A stretch of DNA of 64,000 bases, taken from the NCBI GenBank assembly GCA_029242935.1, contig JAQWSX010000006.1, positions 3,319 to 67,318 of the forward strand, written 5' to 3'. Numbering within the stretch: position 1 is the first letter of the stretch; each line of letters opens with the position of its first letter. Positions 30,440 through 39,821 of this stretch are shown here, piece after piece. Both the position numbers and the translations under genes were made by a program. This DNA comes from Akkermansiaceae bacterium. Lineage in GTDB: Bacteria; Verrucomicrobiota; Verrucomicrobiia; Verrucomicrobiales; Akkermansiaceae. The notes under the pieces were generated by a model. It was not told where the DNA came from. It saw only the letters and a program-made list of their open reading frames with translations, and did not search any database.

Positions 30440-30831
30440 GCCGCAAAACTTTCACCACAGGAACAAGTCACCACCGCATTTGGATTACTAACCTTAAATC
30501 CTCCCTGCTGAAGATCATCGGAGTAATCAAGCTCGCTGCCACTCACAAACAAAGCGCTTTTGGGATCGATCACCACGTTCACCCCATTGCTTGAGACCAT
30601 AATATCACGATCCCGTGGTCCATCTACCAAATCCATTTGATATTGAAGCCCACTGCAACCACCACCCACAACCGCTATGCGAAGAGCCCCCTCGTCCTTC
30701 CCCTGCTTTTTCCAGAGCCCGCGCAAATGTTGCGAGGCTCCCTCCAAAACTTTGACCAACTTCTCGTTCCCTATAGTATAACCTGCCTTCAAGATAGGTG
30801 GAGATCTTAACGAAGGATCGTCTCTTCGCAA
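30436..30831 (-). CDS. iscA: A-type iron-sulfur cluster carrier (IscA/ErpA/HesB family)
   Basis: Motifs include LRIAVVGGGCSGLQYQMDL and the C-terminal NPNAVVTCSCGESF. The start is uncertain; the track uses TTG at 30831, and the N-terminus is longer than usual. Confidence 0.8.
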   Translation of the reverse strand: MRRDDPSLRSPPILKAGYTIGNEKLVKVLEGASQHLRGLWKKQGKDEGALRIAVVGGGCSGLQYQMDLVDGPRDRDIMVSSNGVNVVIDPKSALFVSGSELDYSDDLQQGGFKVSNPNAVVTCSCGESFAA

Positions 30832-31022
30832 CTCCTGAAACCCATTTGGCCAATTACCTTACCCAAAAAACTGAATGTTTAATGTTCATCCTTTTGGAAC
30901 CCATCAATTTTGAGATCTTTTGGTATTCAAGCCAACCAGCAAAGCTGATTTTCAAGCGAGTTCTCAGTGGACTATTTTAATCCACTGATCGTCACCTAAA
31001 ACTTTGCTTAGGAAACGGCACG

Positions 31023-31064
31023 TAGCTTAACGGTCATTAAGCTAGATTCACTCGGAATTCCGAG
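31023..31064. promoter_or_regulatory. Two adjacent palindromes in a divergent intergenic region (candidate operator sites)
   Basis: TAGCTTAA-cggtca-TTAAGCTA lies at 31023-31044 with 8-bp arms. The perfect 14-bp palindrome CTCGGAATTCCGAG lies at 31051-31064. They sit between the iscA-hscBA operon and the secreted-protein gene. Confidence 0.25.
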
Positions 31065-31206
31065 CTGTATCGAAACATTATTTGCACTACAAAATCCGCC
31101 CGAGGTTTTGATCTCCCAAGTCATAAGGATCAACCCAACAAAAATCAGAAAAAATCAAATTCTATTTGCATTGAAGAGCATAACCATCCATTATTATTAA
31201 TCAAAT

Positions 31207-32226
31207 ATGAACTTCTCCCGCTTCGTTTTTGCCTCCATAGTGTTATCTCCGCTACATGCTGAGACCATTTATACTATTCCACAGGGATACACAAAAGTGA
31301 CCATTGCCGCTGCAAGCTCTGAAACAGAGCCCACCACCACAGGCATTTCAGTCACTTTGTTGAATGATCTAGATTTTTCTGGGTCTGCAACGATCAACAA
31401 TGATCACGCAATTAATCCCGGCAATAGCACGCAAACTTTAGCGATTGCTGGGCAGAATTGGTCTCCCGGCCAATGGACAGGGCAGCCACATCTCGCTTAC
31501 ATTGCGGATGCCGATGGAGGTGAGGAAGCCTTTCTGGTTTCTTCGAACACCAGCGACGGACAACTCACTCTCCTTACGACATTTGACCTCCTTGGTGACA
31601 AAGATTCTGGAACACCTGGAATTCAAAATCGGTTTCCTTCATCGACAACGGTTAAAATTCGCAGAGCTAATACAATCGGTTCGATTTTCTCATCGAAAAT
31701 TGGTGAATTTAGCGCAGACGACCGAGTTTTTGTGTGGGACGGCTCAGAATGGTTGTCTTTCCAAAAGAATGGTTTCGGGAACTGGGCTTTAGCATCCAAT
31801 CTTTTTGGTAACGAAAATGACACAGTAATTTTCCCTGATGAGGGAATGTTCATCTCGCGGAGCGCTACGTCTGCAATTGAGTTAACTCTCTTCGGTGAAG
31901 TCCCAGCTGTTCCCCAGATCTCGACGATTACGAAAACAAAACTCCTCTCGACACGAATTCCCGTCATTACCACGCTAGGTGCGTTGGGGGTGAACGATAA
32001 TCTCTGGAAAAGTGACGACCGCCTCTACATTTGGAATGGTAGTAACTGGGATGCTTATCTTGTAAATGGATTTGGTAATTGGGCTCCAGCTAACAACCAA
32101 TTCGGCAACTCAAATGCCCTTTCAATCGCCGCCAATGCAGCAATTTTTGTAAACCGCGAAACTGAAGTAAGCGGAACGGAGGGAATCATTTCAGCGCCAC
32201 TTCCATATGATCCACTCTCCGAATAA
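31207..32226 (+). CDS. Secreted hypothetical protein with an internal tandem duplication (possibly the PVC-restricted TIGR02597-like family)
   Basis: It has a signal peptide (FVFASIVLSPLHAE). Two units are homologous: DDRVFVWDGSEWLSFQKNGFGNWALASNLFGNEND (DNA about 31708-31905) and DDRLYIWNGSNWDAYLVNGFGNWAPANNQFGNSNA (DNA about 32005-32200). Confidence 0.65.
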   Translation: MNFSRFVFASIVLSPLHAETIYTIPQGYTKVTIAAASSETEPTTTGISVTLLNDLDFSGSATINNDHAINPGNSTQTLAIAGQNWSPGQWTGQPHLAYIADADGGEEAFLVSSNTSDGQLTLLTTFDLLGDKDSGTPGIQNRFPSSTTVKIRRANTIGSIFSSKIGEFSADDRVFVWDGSEWLSFQKNGFGNWALASNLFGNENDTVIFPDEGMFISRSATSAIELTLFGEVPAVPQISTITKTKLLSTRIPVITTLGALGVNDNLWKSDDRLYIWNGSNWDAYLVNGFGNWAPANNQFGNSNALSIAANAAIFVNRETEVSGTEGIISAPLPYDPLSE

Positions 32227-32274
32227 AATTTTAGTTAATCTAAGAGAAAACACCACGTAGAATCCTAGTATAAT

Positions 32275-32919
32275 TTGAAAAATATAATAATAACATCATT
32301 GGCATTCGCTGTCCTGAACGGCCTAACTAATGCGGCTTCAGTTACAATCGGTGGTGGTGCGTTTGCAAACCTACTTGATGCATCAGGCGATAATCTTCCT
32401 ACTGGTTCACAGGTCCAAGTGGGATACTTTTTGGGGGTTGCAACTTCAAAAAGCGGTGACGACTTTACTAGTGTAGATTGGGATTCTTTTAATCCCTTCC
32501 TCGGAGTTGGTTCATCGAATCCAGATGAGGTGATCGGAACCTTCAACGCCGGGGGTGGATTCGAGTCGGCCTTCCAAATCAATTCCACACTTGATACTAG
32601 TCTTGGCGATTCACTCCCTCTAGGGTTCCCCGTGCGTTTGGGTTTTCGCATCTTTGATACGACCGAAAGCTTAATAGACGGAGCAGCATACAACACCGTT
32701 GTTCGTGATGTTTCGACATGGATTTTCAATGATCCCGGAATTGTAACCAACCAACCGCCTACCCCTTCGATTGGTAGTACCAGTGATCCATTAATGTTTT
32801 GGGAAGACAGCGAAAATCCGTTTAAAACTTCAATTGGGGTAGCTGTTCCCGAACCGAGCAGTATCCTGTCAGTTTTTCTTGGAACGATATTATTATTAGG
32901 ACGTCGTAATCGCTCCTGA
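32275..32919 (+). CDS. PEP-CTERM sorting-domain protein
   Basis: It has a signal peptide (IIITSLAFAVLNGLTNAAS). The C-terminus has VPEPSS, a hydrophobic helix (ILSVFLGTILLL) and the basic tail GRRNRS. The start codon is TTG. Confidence 0.85.
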   Translation: MKNIIITSLAFAVLNGLTNAASVTIGGGAFANLLDASGDNLPTGSQVQVGYFLGVATSKSGDDFTSVDWDSFNPFLGVGSSNPDEVIGTFNAGGGFESAFQINSTLDTSLGDSLPLGFPVRLGFRIFDTTESLIDGAAYNTVVRDVSTWIFNDPGIVTNQPPTPSIGSTSDPLMFWEDSENPFKTSIGVAVPEPSSILSVFLGTILLLGRRNRS

Positions 32920-32944
32920 TATCTAAATAGAACCTTAAATTTTC

Positions 32945-32979
32945 AAAGCTCTCCTTCACCTTGAACGGAGGGCTTTTTT
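32945..32979 (+). terminator. Rho-independent, possibly bidirectional, terminator between convergent genes
   Basis: The hairpin is aaaGCTCTCC-ttcaccttgaac-GGAGGGCttt. It has 10 bp including one G-U pair and is followed by a T run. The A tract on the other side lets it serve the minus-strand helicase gene as well. Confidence 0.6.
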
Positions 32980-34969
32980 ATTCATCTAACATCGCTGACA
33001 TCGCACTAAAAAAGCCTCGGAGCTCCTCCTCGGAAGCCTCAGCGCCCATTATATCTTCGTAGCCTTCCTCATGAACCCAGTCAGGATTAAGTTCCTGGAT
33101 AAAACTACTCGCCTCACAAGATTCTTCCTTTCCCCACTTCACTCGCGTCGCGCAATAAGTCATCGTCATCCTTTCCTGAGCCCGCGTTATCCCAACATAA
33201 AGAAGCCGCCTCTCTTCATCACGCGTTCCCTCTTCGATACTTCTTTTATGAGGAAGAATCCCTTCTTCGAGGCCCACCAAATAAACCACCGGATATTCCA
33301 AGCCCTTTGCTGCATGAAGTGTAATGAGCGTCACTCCGCTCTTTTGCTCTAGATCTTCCTCCTTTTCAGCATCGAGCGCAATTTGGTCTAGGAAGTCGCT
33401 CAGACTCTTCCCTTTTTTGATTGCTTCGGTCAGGGACGCAATCGTCGTCGAGACTCCTTCTCTCCGTACATCTTTCTCTTTGTCAGTCTTACATTGGCGC
33501 ATCAACCAATCCTGAAAATCCATTTCCCGAAGCCATTGATCCATCACCACTCCGGCATTCATACCGTCAACTAAACACCGGCGAACCTTTTCTACCTGAG
33601 CGGTAAAGACCTGAATCGAATTCATCATCTTACTGGAAACTTGAGTCAGAAACTCACCATCGATCAGTGTCTCCCAAATACTCTGGTCCTTCTCTCGACT
33701 CCAATTCAAAGCTGCCATCGAGGTCGTGTTTCCAATCCCACGCGGAGGAGTATTGAGAACCCGAAGTAGGGGAATATCCAATTCCGGCTGATTTAGAACT
33801 TGGACATAGCTGAGAACATCCCGCACCTCTTTACGGTCGTAGAAACTTTGCGCTCCAACCATTCGGTAAGGTATCTTCGCCTCACGCAAAACTTCCTCCA
33901 TCTTTCGAATCTGACCGTTCGTTCTAAAGAGAATGGCAAAATCCTCCAAAACTCGCCCTTCCTCACGTTGCATCACGATCTCGGAAACAATCCATTCTGC
34001 TTCTTCCTGGTCACCTGGCATGGAAACTAGACGAACTAGATCTCCACCCGGAATTGTAGGCCGCAACTTCTTTTCACGTCGCCCCACATTGTGGCGAATC
34101 AAGCTATTTGCCACCTCCAGAACCGCCTGAGTACTCCGATAATTCTCCTCCAGTTGAATGATCTTCGGATTGGGGAAAAATCGTTCAAACTGAAGAATGT
34201 TAGCCACCTGTGCGCCCCTCCATCCATAAATCGACTGATCATCATCGCCCACCACACAAATATTGTAAGGTTCGCCAACCAATTGCTGAAGCAACTTCAT
34301 TTGCAAGCTATTGGTATCCTGAAATTCGTCTACCGTAACGTAGCGAAATCTATTCTGCCAATACTCCCGCACCTCCGGATACTCCCGGAGAACCCTCTCC
34401 CCCAAAAGAAGAAGGTCATCAAAATCAACCGCATTTTGCGCTCGAAGTTCGTTTTGATAAGCTACAGCAATCTCAGCGACCAGATCATCCTCAATTCCCG
34501 AAAGCGATAAGTCAGCATTCTTGGCTTTTGAAATCTCGCTTATCACCTCACCGGGCTTCAGGTTAATCTTTCGGCCTCCTTTCCGAACGATAAGCTGGCG
34601 AATCATCCCAGTTTGATCTCCGCCGGCCATCACGGCGAACTTTTTCTTATAGCCAAGAGATTCAATATCCCGCTTGAGAATCCGCAGGCAAAGCGAGTGG
34701 AAAGTGCATACAGTCAACGCTTTCCCGCGTTTTTTCCCCACCATACCCATGACGCGTTCTGCCATCTCCGCCGCTGATTTATTGGTAAACGTGACCGCGA
34801 GAACATTTTCAGCTTTCACGCCGTTTTCAAGGAGAGCCGACATCCGGCAGGTCACCGTCCTCGTTTTACCAGTTCCAGCTCCTGCCAGAATAAGAACAGG
34901 CCCATTAAGGGCCAAGACAGCTTCACGCTGTGCTTTATTCAGTGATTGGATGGAAAATCCGGCAGACAT
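32978..34969 (-). CDS. ATP-dependent DNA helicase, UvrD/PcrA/Rep family
   Basis: It has Walker A (LILAGAGTGKTRTV) and motif II (VTVDEFQDTN). VVGDDDQSIYGWRGA and later SF1 motifs (TLHAAKGLEYPVVY, YVGITRA) are also present. Confidence 0.92.
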   Translation of the reverse strand: MSAGFSIQSLNKAQREAVLALNGPVLILAGAGTGKTRTVTCRMSALLENGVKAENVLAVTFTNKSAAEMAERVMGMVGKKRGKALTVCTFHSLCLRILKRDIESLGYKKKFAVMAGGDQTGMIRQLIVRKGGRKINLKPGEVISEISKAKNADLSLSGIEDDLVAEIAVAYQNELRAQNAVDFDDLLLLGERVLREYPEVREYWQNRFRYVTVDEFQDTNSLQMKLLQQLVGEPYNICVVGDDDQSIYGWRGAQVANILQFERFFPNPKIIQLEENYRSTQAVLEVANSLIRHNVGRREKKLRPTIPGGDLVRLVSMPGDQEEAEWIVSEIVMQREEGRVLEDFAILFRTNGQIRKMEEVLREAKIPYRMVGAQSFYDRKEVRDVLSYVQVLNQPELDIPLLRVLNTPPRGIGNTTSMAALNWSREKDQSIWETLIDGEFLTQVSSKMMNSIQVFTAQVEKVRRCLVDGMNAGVVMDQWLREMDFQDWLMRQCKTDKEKDVRREGVSTTIASLTEAIKKGKSLSDFLDQIALDAEKEEDLEQKSGVTLITLHAAKGLEYPVVYLVGLEEGILPHKRSIEEGTRDEERRLLYVGITRAQERMTMTYCATRVKWGKEESCEASSFIQELNPDWVHEEGYEDIMGAEASEEELRGFFSAMSAMLDE

Positions 34970-35132
34970 CGTGATGTCTGGAGAAAACTCCGCAACTGTT
35001 CAAAAAACAAGGATTGGTTGAAAACTTCCTTCGAATTAGCATTTGCCATACAAGGCACCTCTGGGTAACAACTTGGCGGAGATCTTAAATTTACGAGTCT
35101 CTGTTAATCAAAACCCAAAAACTACCAAAGCA

Positions 35133-35576
35133 ATGAGCCAAATCATTCCTCTCGTCACTTCCGGAATCGCAGGCCCCCTCGGCGTGCTTCACCTTCCTCG
35201 CCTCTGGCAAAAAGCTTCTCTTGATGCTGCCGGCAAGCTTCACAGCGATTACCCCGCCGCAGGTGCTGGCTTCGACCAGATGACCCTCGACGCACTCGGC
35301 ATTGAGCGCGACACATTCCTAGCTTACATCAAGGAAAGCAAACCTTCCTACACTCAATGTGAGCAGTGGATCCTCGACCAAAAAGGAGGCTCCCTCAACA
35401 ATGAGGCGATCGATACGCACAACGCTGCTGTTGTTGGTTACAACCACGACGACGCAACACGCACTGCTATCCTTGAGTCCGTTAGCATCGCCGATACCGG
35501 CGCAATCCTCGACGCTGTAAATCTCAATAACCTTGAGGATTGGCAGGACTTCTACAACGCAGAAATTAAAGGATAA
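35133..35576 (+). CDS. DUF5069-like small protein (hypothetical)
   Basis: It lies in the frame of ORF 35043-35576, with the start at ATG 35133. The pattern GPLGVLHLPRLWQKASLDAAGKLHSDYPAAGAGFD resembles the DUF5069 N-terminal block. The assignment is by eye. Confidence 0.5.
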   Translation: MSQIIPLVTSGIAGPLGVLHLPRLWQKASLDAAGKLHSDYPAAGAGFDQMTLDALGIERDTFLAYIKESKPSYTQCEQWILDQKGGSLNNEAIDTHNAAVVGYNHDDATRTAILESVSIADTGAILDAVNLNNLEDWQDFYNAEIKG

Positions 35577-35593
35577 ATTTCCTGATTTTAAAA

Positions 35594-37810
35594 TCAATCA
35601 ACCCCGCGGGCGTCCTTCGTCCCTGGGGTTTTTTCTTGCTCTTTCCAGAGCTGTTTTGCGATCCGGATTGGGCCTTCCAAATCTCCTCCACTATCAGCAT
35701 TGGCGCCAAAGGCTGCTTTCTCATAACGCTGCACTAACTCATCACAACCAATCGGCAACGAGCGACGCAACCATGTGCCCAAGGGCATCGAACGGGGACG
35801 TTTTCCGATTCGTTTTGAAAGCCATTTTTCAAAGTCTTTCAGTAATCCTATTTCCCGGATCGAATTCTCCCAGCTATCCGAAGTGTCCCGCCCCCTAGTC
35901 AGGATCAACCGGTAAATCACAAAAATCAGCAAAAGAACCCCAACCAGAACCAATACATTCAAAACCCGGTCAAAGACACCGGGCTGGTCCAGCCAGAGTT
36001 CTAAACCTGTGCGAAATCCCTGAAACCAGTCATAGACCCCCTGATACCATGGATGAGATTTATGGATATTCACCCAAGCGGGAGGAGTCAGATCAACATC
36101 GACCCACTTCCCACCACGACACCTCCACACATCCACGTCACCATTTCGCTCATTTACCCAAGTGCCTCCAACATAAGCCTCGACCCATGCATGGGCATGC
36201 TGCCCCCGCAAAATCCATTCCCGCTCCCCAGATCCTCTCTCATGTAGGGAGTATCCCACTGCGTATCGGCACGGAATTCCCATCCTTCGCATCAGCATAG
36301 CGGTTGCCCCCGCAAAATACTCACAGTGTCCCTTCCTATCAATTTTTAAGAATTCGGTTATCGGGGCATTCCTGTCAGTTCCAACCAAAAAAAGGCTATA
36401 TTCAAACTGATCAATATCGGAGAATATCAGAGCAATCTTGGCTTCAATTTCACGAAACTTCTCGATTGTGAGGTCCGGCGGTCCTCCCTCTCTTCCAACC
36501 TTTCTAGCCAAAGCTCTCGTAGGATGTTGACCGACTTCAGGAAGACAGAGTCCAATCTCCTCAAGAAAGTTTTCAAGCCCCTCTTCTTCGGCCTTTGGAT
36601 AGGTCAAATCTAGATCGGTTGGATCTATCCGCATCTCTTCACTCTCCGGATCCGCTTGAATCCTAGCCTCCATCGCCCCGCGATTCACTCCGATCATTTT
36701 AACCGAGCCCATTGAATTAACGGCCACGATTTCACTGGGAATTTCTTCAAAACGCTTGGTCAAGCCCAAGTGAGGGATCAATCCTTCATCTTCGATAAGC
36801 CCTTGAATCCGGCCCTCAATGCCATACTCCAGCTCGCGATCATCGTCCTCAAAGATAAATGTATTTTCACCGTCGGGGAGAAGGATCTCGAAATCTCCTG
36901 CAAATTTTCGTCCGTCCGGGATTTGCTCTGCAAGTTCAATAATACGAGTTCGTGCCTGCCAAATATCTCCCAATGGTTCATTGTATGATCCAAGTTTCAA
37001 CAGCTTCGGCATCGGTCCAATTTCATGAAAATACCGCCACTCAATTTTTTGACTGAGTTGCAACTCACGAATCCTGCCCAACGAAGTTTGGGTTTGCTGG
37101 GTAGAAGTCAGCCGCCCTCCACTACCCGCATAGCCCTTTATAAAATGATCGTAGATTTTCACCACGCCCCATGACATTCCGATCGTCATAACGATTGAGA
37201 TTAGGTAAGCTACCAACCATGCGCACGGGCGAACCTTCCGTCCACCGAGGGTGAAAATTGCCCAGCCCAAAAGAATCACCATGCCCAGCGGATAACGGGG
37301 ATCAATTGTCTTAACCCATTTCAGAGACCCCACTCCCATTCCAGCTGCAATCATAATTAGGATCAAAACAGGATATCCTAACTGAATGGAATTTGTCTCC
37401 ACTGGACGCCCCGCCTTCCTATCAGCAGCAGCCTTCCGCCTCGCGATAAAAGAAAAAGTCACCATTGGAACCCCGCCTTTTCTGACATACTGCTGAGACA
37501 GGACCAAAGGTAACATCATGAAAGGAATCCACGATAAAAGGTCCAAAAAATCACTCGCCTTCAAATTATCTTTCTGCAGGAGAACCAGAGCTGACACAAT
37601 CAGGATGATCGCAGACAACTGCCAGGATCTTGCGAAGCCTTTATGAGTAAAGTCCCACCGAAGATTAACCCAATGACGGCCCTCAACTAAAACTGCGGCA
37701 ATTAATCCTGCCACAGCTTGATCATGCATTTCGCCCCAAAACAAGAAAGCTGCGCCCAAAAGCAAACGAGGTGGCGCCGATAACATATCTCTTTCAGACT
37801 CGCCTCTCAT
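35594..37810 (-). CDS. Transglutaminase-like membrane protein (TgpA/DUF3488-type)
   Basis: The N-terminal half is multi-TM. The transglutaminase core is GHCEYFAGATAMLMRRMGIPCRYAVGY...HAWVEAY, followed by a C-terminal TM. The start is taken at ATG 37808-37810, overlapping the DUF58 stop (ATGA). Confidence 0.85.
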   Translation of the reverse strand: MRGESERDMLSAPPRLLLGAAFLFWGEMHDQAVAGLIAAVLVEGRHWVNLRWDFTHKGFARSWQLSAIILIVSALVLLQKDNLKASDFLDLLSWIPFMMLPLVLSQQYVRKGGVPMVTFSFIARRKAAADRKAGRPVETNSIQLGYPVLILIMIAAGMGVGSLKWVKTIDPRYPLGMVILLGWAIFTLGGRKVRPCAWLVAYLISIVMTIGMSWGVVKIYDHFIKGYAGSGGRLTSTQQTQTSLGRIRELQLSQKIEWRYFHEIGPMPKLLKLGSYNEPLGDIWQARTRIIELAEQIPDGRKFAGDFEILLPDGENTFIFEDDDRELEYGIEGRIQGLIEDEGLIPHLGLTKRFEEIPSEIVAVNSMGSVKMIGVNRGAMEARIQADPESEEMRIDPTDLDLTYPKAEEEGLENFLEEIGLCLPEVGQHPTRALARKVGREGGPPDLTIEKFREIEAKIALIFSDIDQFEYSLFLVGTDRNAPITEFLKIDRKGHCEYFAGATAMLMRRMGIPCRYAVGYSLHERGSGEREWILRGQHAHAWVEAYVGGTWVNERNGDVDVWRCRGGKWVDVDLTPPAWVNIHKSHPWYQGVYDWFQGFRTGLELWLDQPGVFDRVLNVLVLVGVLLLIFVIYRLILTRGRDTSDSWENSIREIGLLKDFEKWLSKRIGKRPRSMPLGTWLRRSLPIGCDELVQRYEKAAFGANADSGGDLEGPIRIAKQLWKEQEKTPGTKDARGVD
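35602..35636 (+). terminator. Possible intrinsic terminator for the DUF5069-like gene, embedded in the 3' end of the convergent CDS
   Basis: The sequence is CCCCgcGGG-cgtccttcgt-CCCtGGGG followed by TTTTTT. The stem is interrupted by an internal loop. Confidence 0.35.
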
Positions 37811-39168
37811 CGTGTCATTAAATCTTTCTCGATAAAGTTCCACCTCAACCATTTGACGTTGCACAGCAAAGCATCTTCAGGCGCATCCCCAACACCGATC
37901 ACATAAACGGTCAAAGCTAACTCGCTTCCTCGCAATCGTTCCAAAAAATCTTTTCTCTCGGAACACCAGCCAGAGAGAACGACCACGCACGCAGTAAGCT
38001 CATTGGCATATCGTGCAATCAATCGCCCCAAACTTTCATACCCCTCTTGATCGACCCCCTCCACTCGAGCAAGAGCCTCAATAAGATGATCCGTTCGTGC
38101 CACGCCACGTCCCGCAGTGTAAATTTGCGGTTCCTCATGCATAAAGATCAAATCCACTAAACAGCTTTCCTTTTCGATCGTCGAAACAAAGGAAGCCGCA
38201 ACCGAAATGGCCTCTTCAAACATATCAGGTCCAGTCTCCTTCAAATTTGTATCGAGCACGACGCCATAGCGAGGAAAGCGCAACTCCTCGAACTCCTTCA
38301 CAATAGGCCGCCCAGTGCGAGCCCAAGCCTTCCAATGGATACTGCGTAACGAATCTCCTTCCCGATATTCGCGAAGCCCCATGAATTCGTCCCCCTCACC
38401 CCTCACCGTCGAAGACGTATCCACCCCAGCCTTTACCTCAGAGCACCCTCCAAGGTCTAAATTTGGAAGACAATATCTTTGGGGAATTATCAACACCTCT
38501 TCTTCTTCGTTCAAAATCGGACGGCGACGCTGAAAAAAACCAAAGGGATCAGGGAGTTCGGCACGAATATCACTAAATTTCATTCCGCCCCGGCGAAGTG
38601 GCTTTACTGTTAGATAGGTCTGCTTTTCCTCTCCTGATTCAAGCTGCAGTGGCTTCGATCGCCCTATCGTGATCCAAGCGCCTCCTCTGTCCATCAACCA
38701 TTTCCACCGATAAAACCGAAAGGCTCGGTCGAAGACATTACGATCACTCTCTCCTGGTTCCTTTAAGTGGGAAAACTCCCACTGACTCGGTCGCGGGTCA
38801 CTTCCAGCCTCACAAAGATACACCTCCCGCACTGTCCGATTCCCTTCATTTCGAACTGAGACTGCATATCTTAGAACTTCTCCGACTGTTCCAGTCGATG
38901 GCAGAACACGAACAACCGATAGCTTCGCACGCCTCAGGCAGGCCCAGACAAAGCTTGAAGAAAGCAAAGAGAAAATAAACAGAGTGAGAATGGCTGTAAT
39001 ACTCTCATCTAAATTTGCACCCAGGAAAATACTGGCTCCCCCACCTACTATCAATAGCCAAGCCCCAGGCCTCACCCGCTGACGAACAAAATTGCTCACG
39101 GCGCTTCCTTGATGATAGTTGCGATAAAGCAATCGATCAATGAACCTCCCATTTTTCTGGCTCCACAT
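37807..39168 (-). CDS. DUF58 domain protein
   Basis: It has two N-terminal TM helices. The DUF58 signature is GEGDEFMGLREYREGDSLRSIHWKAWARTGRPIVKEFEE. Confidence 0.85.
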   Translation of the reverse strand: MWSQKNGRFIDRLLYRNYHQGSAVSNFVRQRVRPGAWLLIVGGGASIFLGANLDESITAILTLFIFSLLSSSFVWACLRRAKLSVVRVLPSTGTVGEVLRYAVSVRNEGNRTVREVYLCEAGSDPRPSQWEFSHLKEPGESDRNVFDRAFRFYRWKWLMDRGGAWITIGRSKPLQLESGEEKQTYLTVKPLRRGGMKFSDIRAELPDPFGFFQRRRPILNEEEEVLIIPQRYCLPNLDLGGCSEVKAGVDTSSTVRGEGDEFMGLREYREGDSLRSIHWKAWARTGRPIVKEFEELRFPRYGVVLDTNLKETGPDMFEEAISVAASFVSTIEKESCLVDLIFMHEEPQIYTAGRGVARTDHLIEALARVEGVDQEGYESLGRLIARYANELTACVVVLSGWCSERKDFLERLRGSELALTVYVIGVGDAPEDALLCNVKWLRWNFIEKDLMTR

Positions 39169-39235
39169 CTAAAAAACAAGAAACCACAGCTTTCCAAGGG
39201 TGGCAATGACTGACAAAACATGCTTTCATAAGCAC

Positions 39236-39808
39236 ATGAAATTCCTATTCACTATAATTTTGGCCTTTTTTATTACCGGCTGCAAATCCGACGAAGCCAC
39301 AGAACCTCCCCCGCTAGCTCCCGAAGGGAAATCTGCGTCCAGCCGCAGCAAGAAGATTGCAGGGCTTCTTAACAAAAAACACCAACTCTCGAAGAAACTA
39401 AAAAAGCTCGTTGCCTCCAGTCAACTCGATCCAGATGGTGAACTCAAAATCATCATCAAAGAGCAACAACAGGCCTACCGTGACCTTCAAAATATTCGCA
39501 ATACCCATCCCAGCCTTCAAAAGCTAAACGAGGAACTGCTTTTTTGGCAGGAGAACCAATTCTCGGCTCGCACCAGAAAACGGGAATTTGAAATCAAGCA
39601 AGCTGCTGAGAAGATTATCGAGATCTCGACTAAAATCCAGCGCCTTAGCCAGGAGCTTCCAGAGATCCGTGAGACTGAAGACCGGATCACTAGATCCCAA
39701 AAGCAGATTAAAGACCTCCAAGGCTCTTTTGCGGAAAATTCGCCTGAGGGCCAAGCCATCGTCAAGGAACTACAAATCATAGAAGAGCAGATTAAATCGG
39801 TGGACTAA
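39236..39808 (+). CDS. Coiled-coil lipoprotein (hypothetical)
   Basis: The start is taken at ATG 39236. The lipobox is LAFFITGC. The rest is heptad-rich and Lys/Glu/Gln-rich. Confidence 0.6.
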   Translation: MKFLFTIILAFFITGCKSDEATEPPPLAPEGKSASSRSKKIAGLLNKKHQLSKKLKKLVASSQLDPDGELKIIIKEQQQAYRDLQNIRNTHPSLQKLNEELLFWQENQFSARTRKREFEIKQAAEKIIEISTKIQRLSQELPEIRETEDRITRSQKQIKDLQGSFAENSPEGQAIVKELQIIEEQIKSVD

Positions 39809-39821
39809 GTAACCGTTTTAC

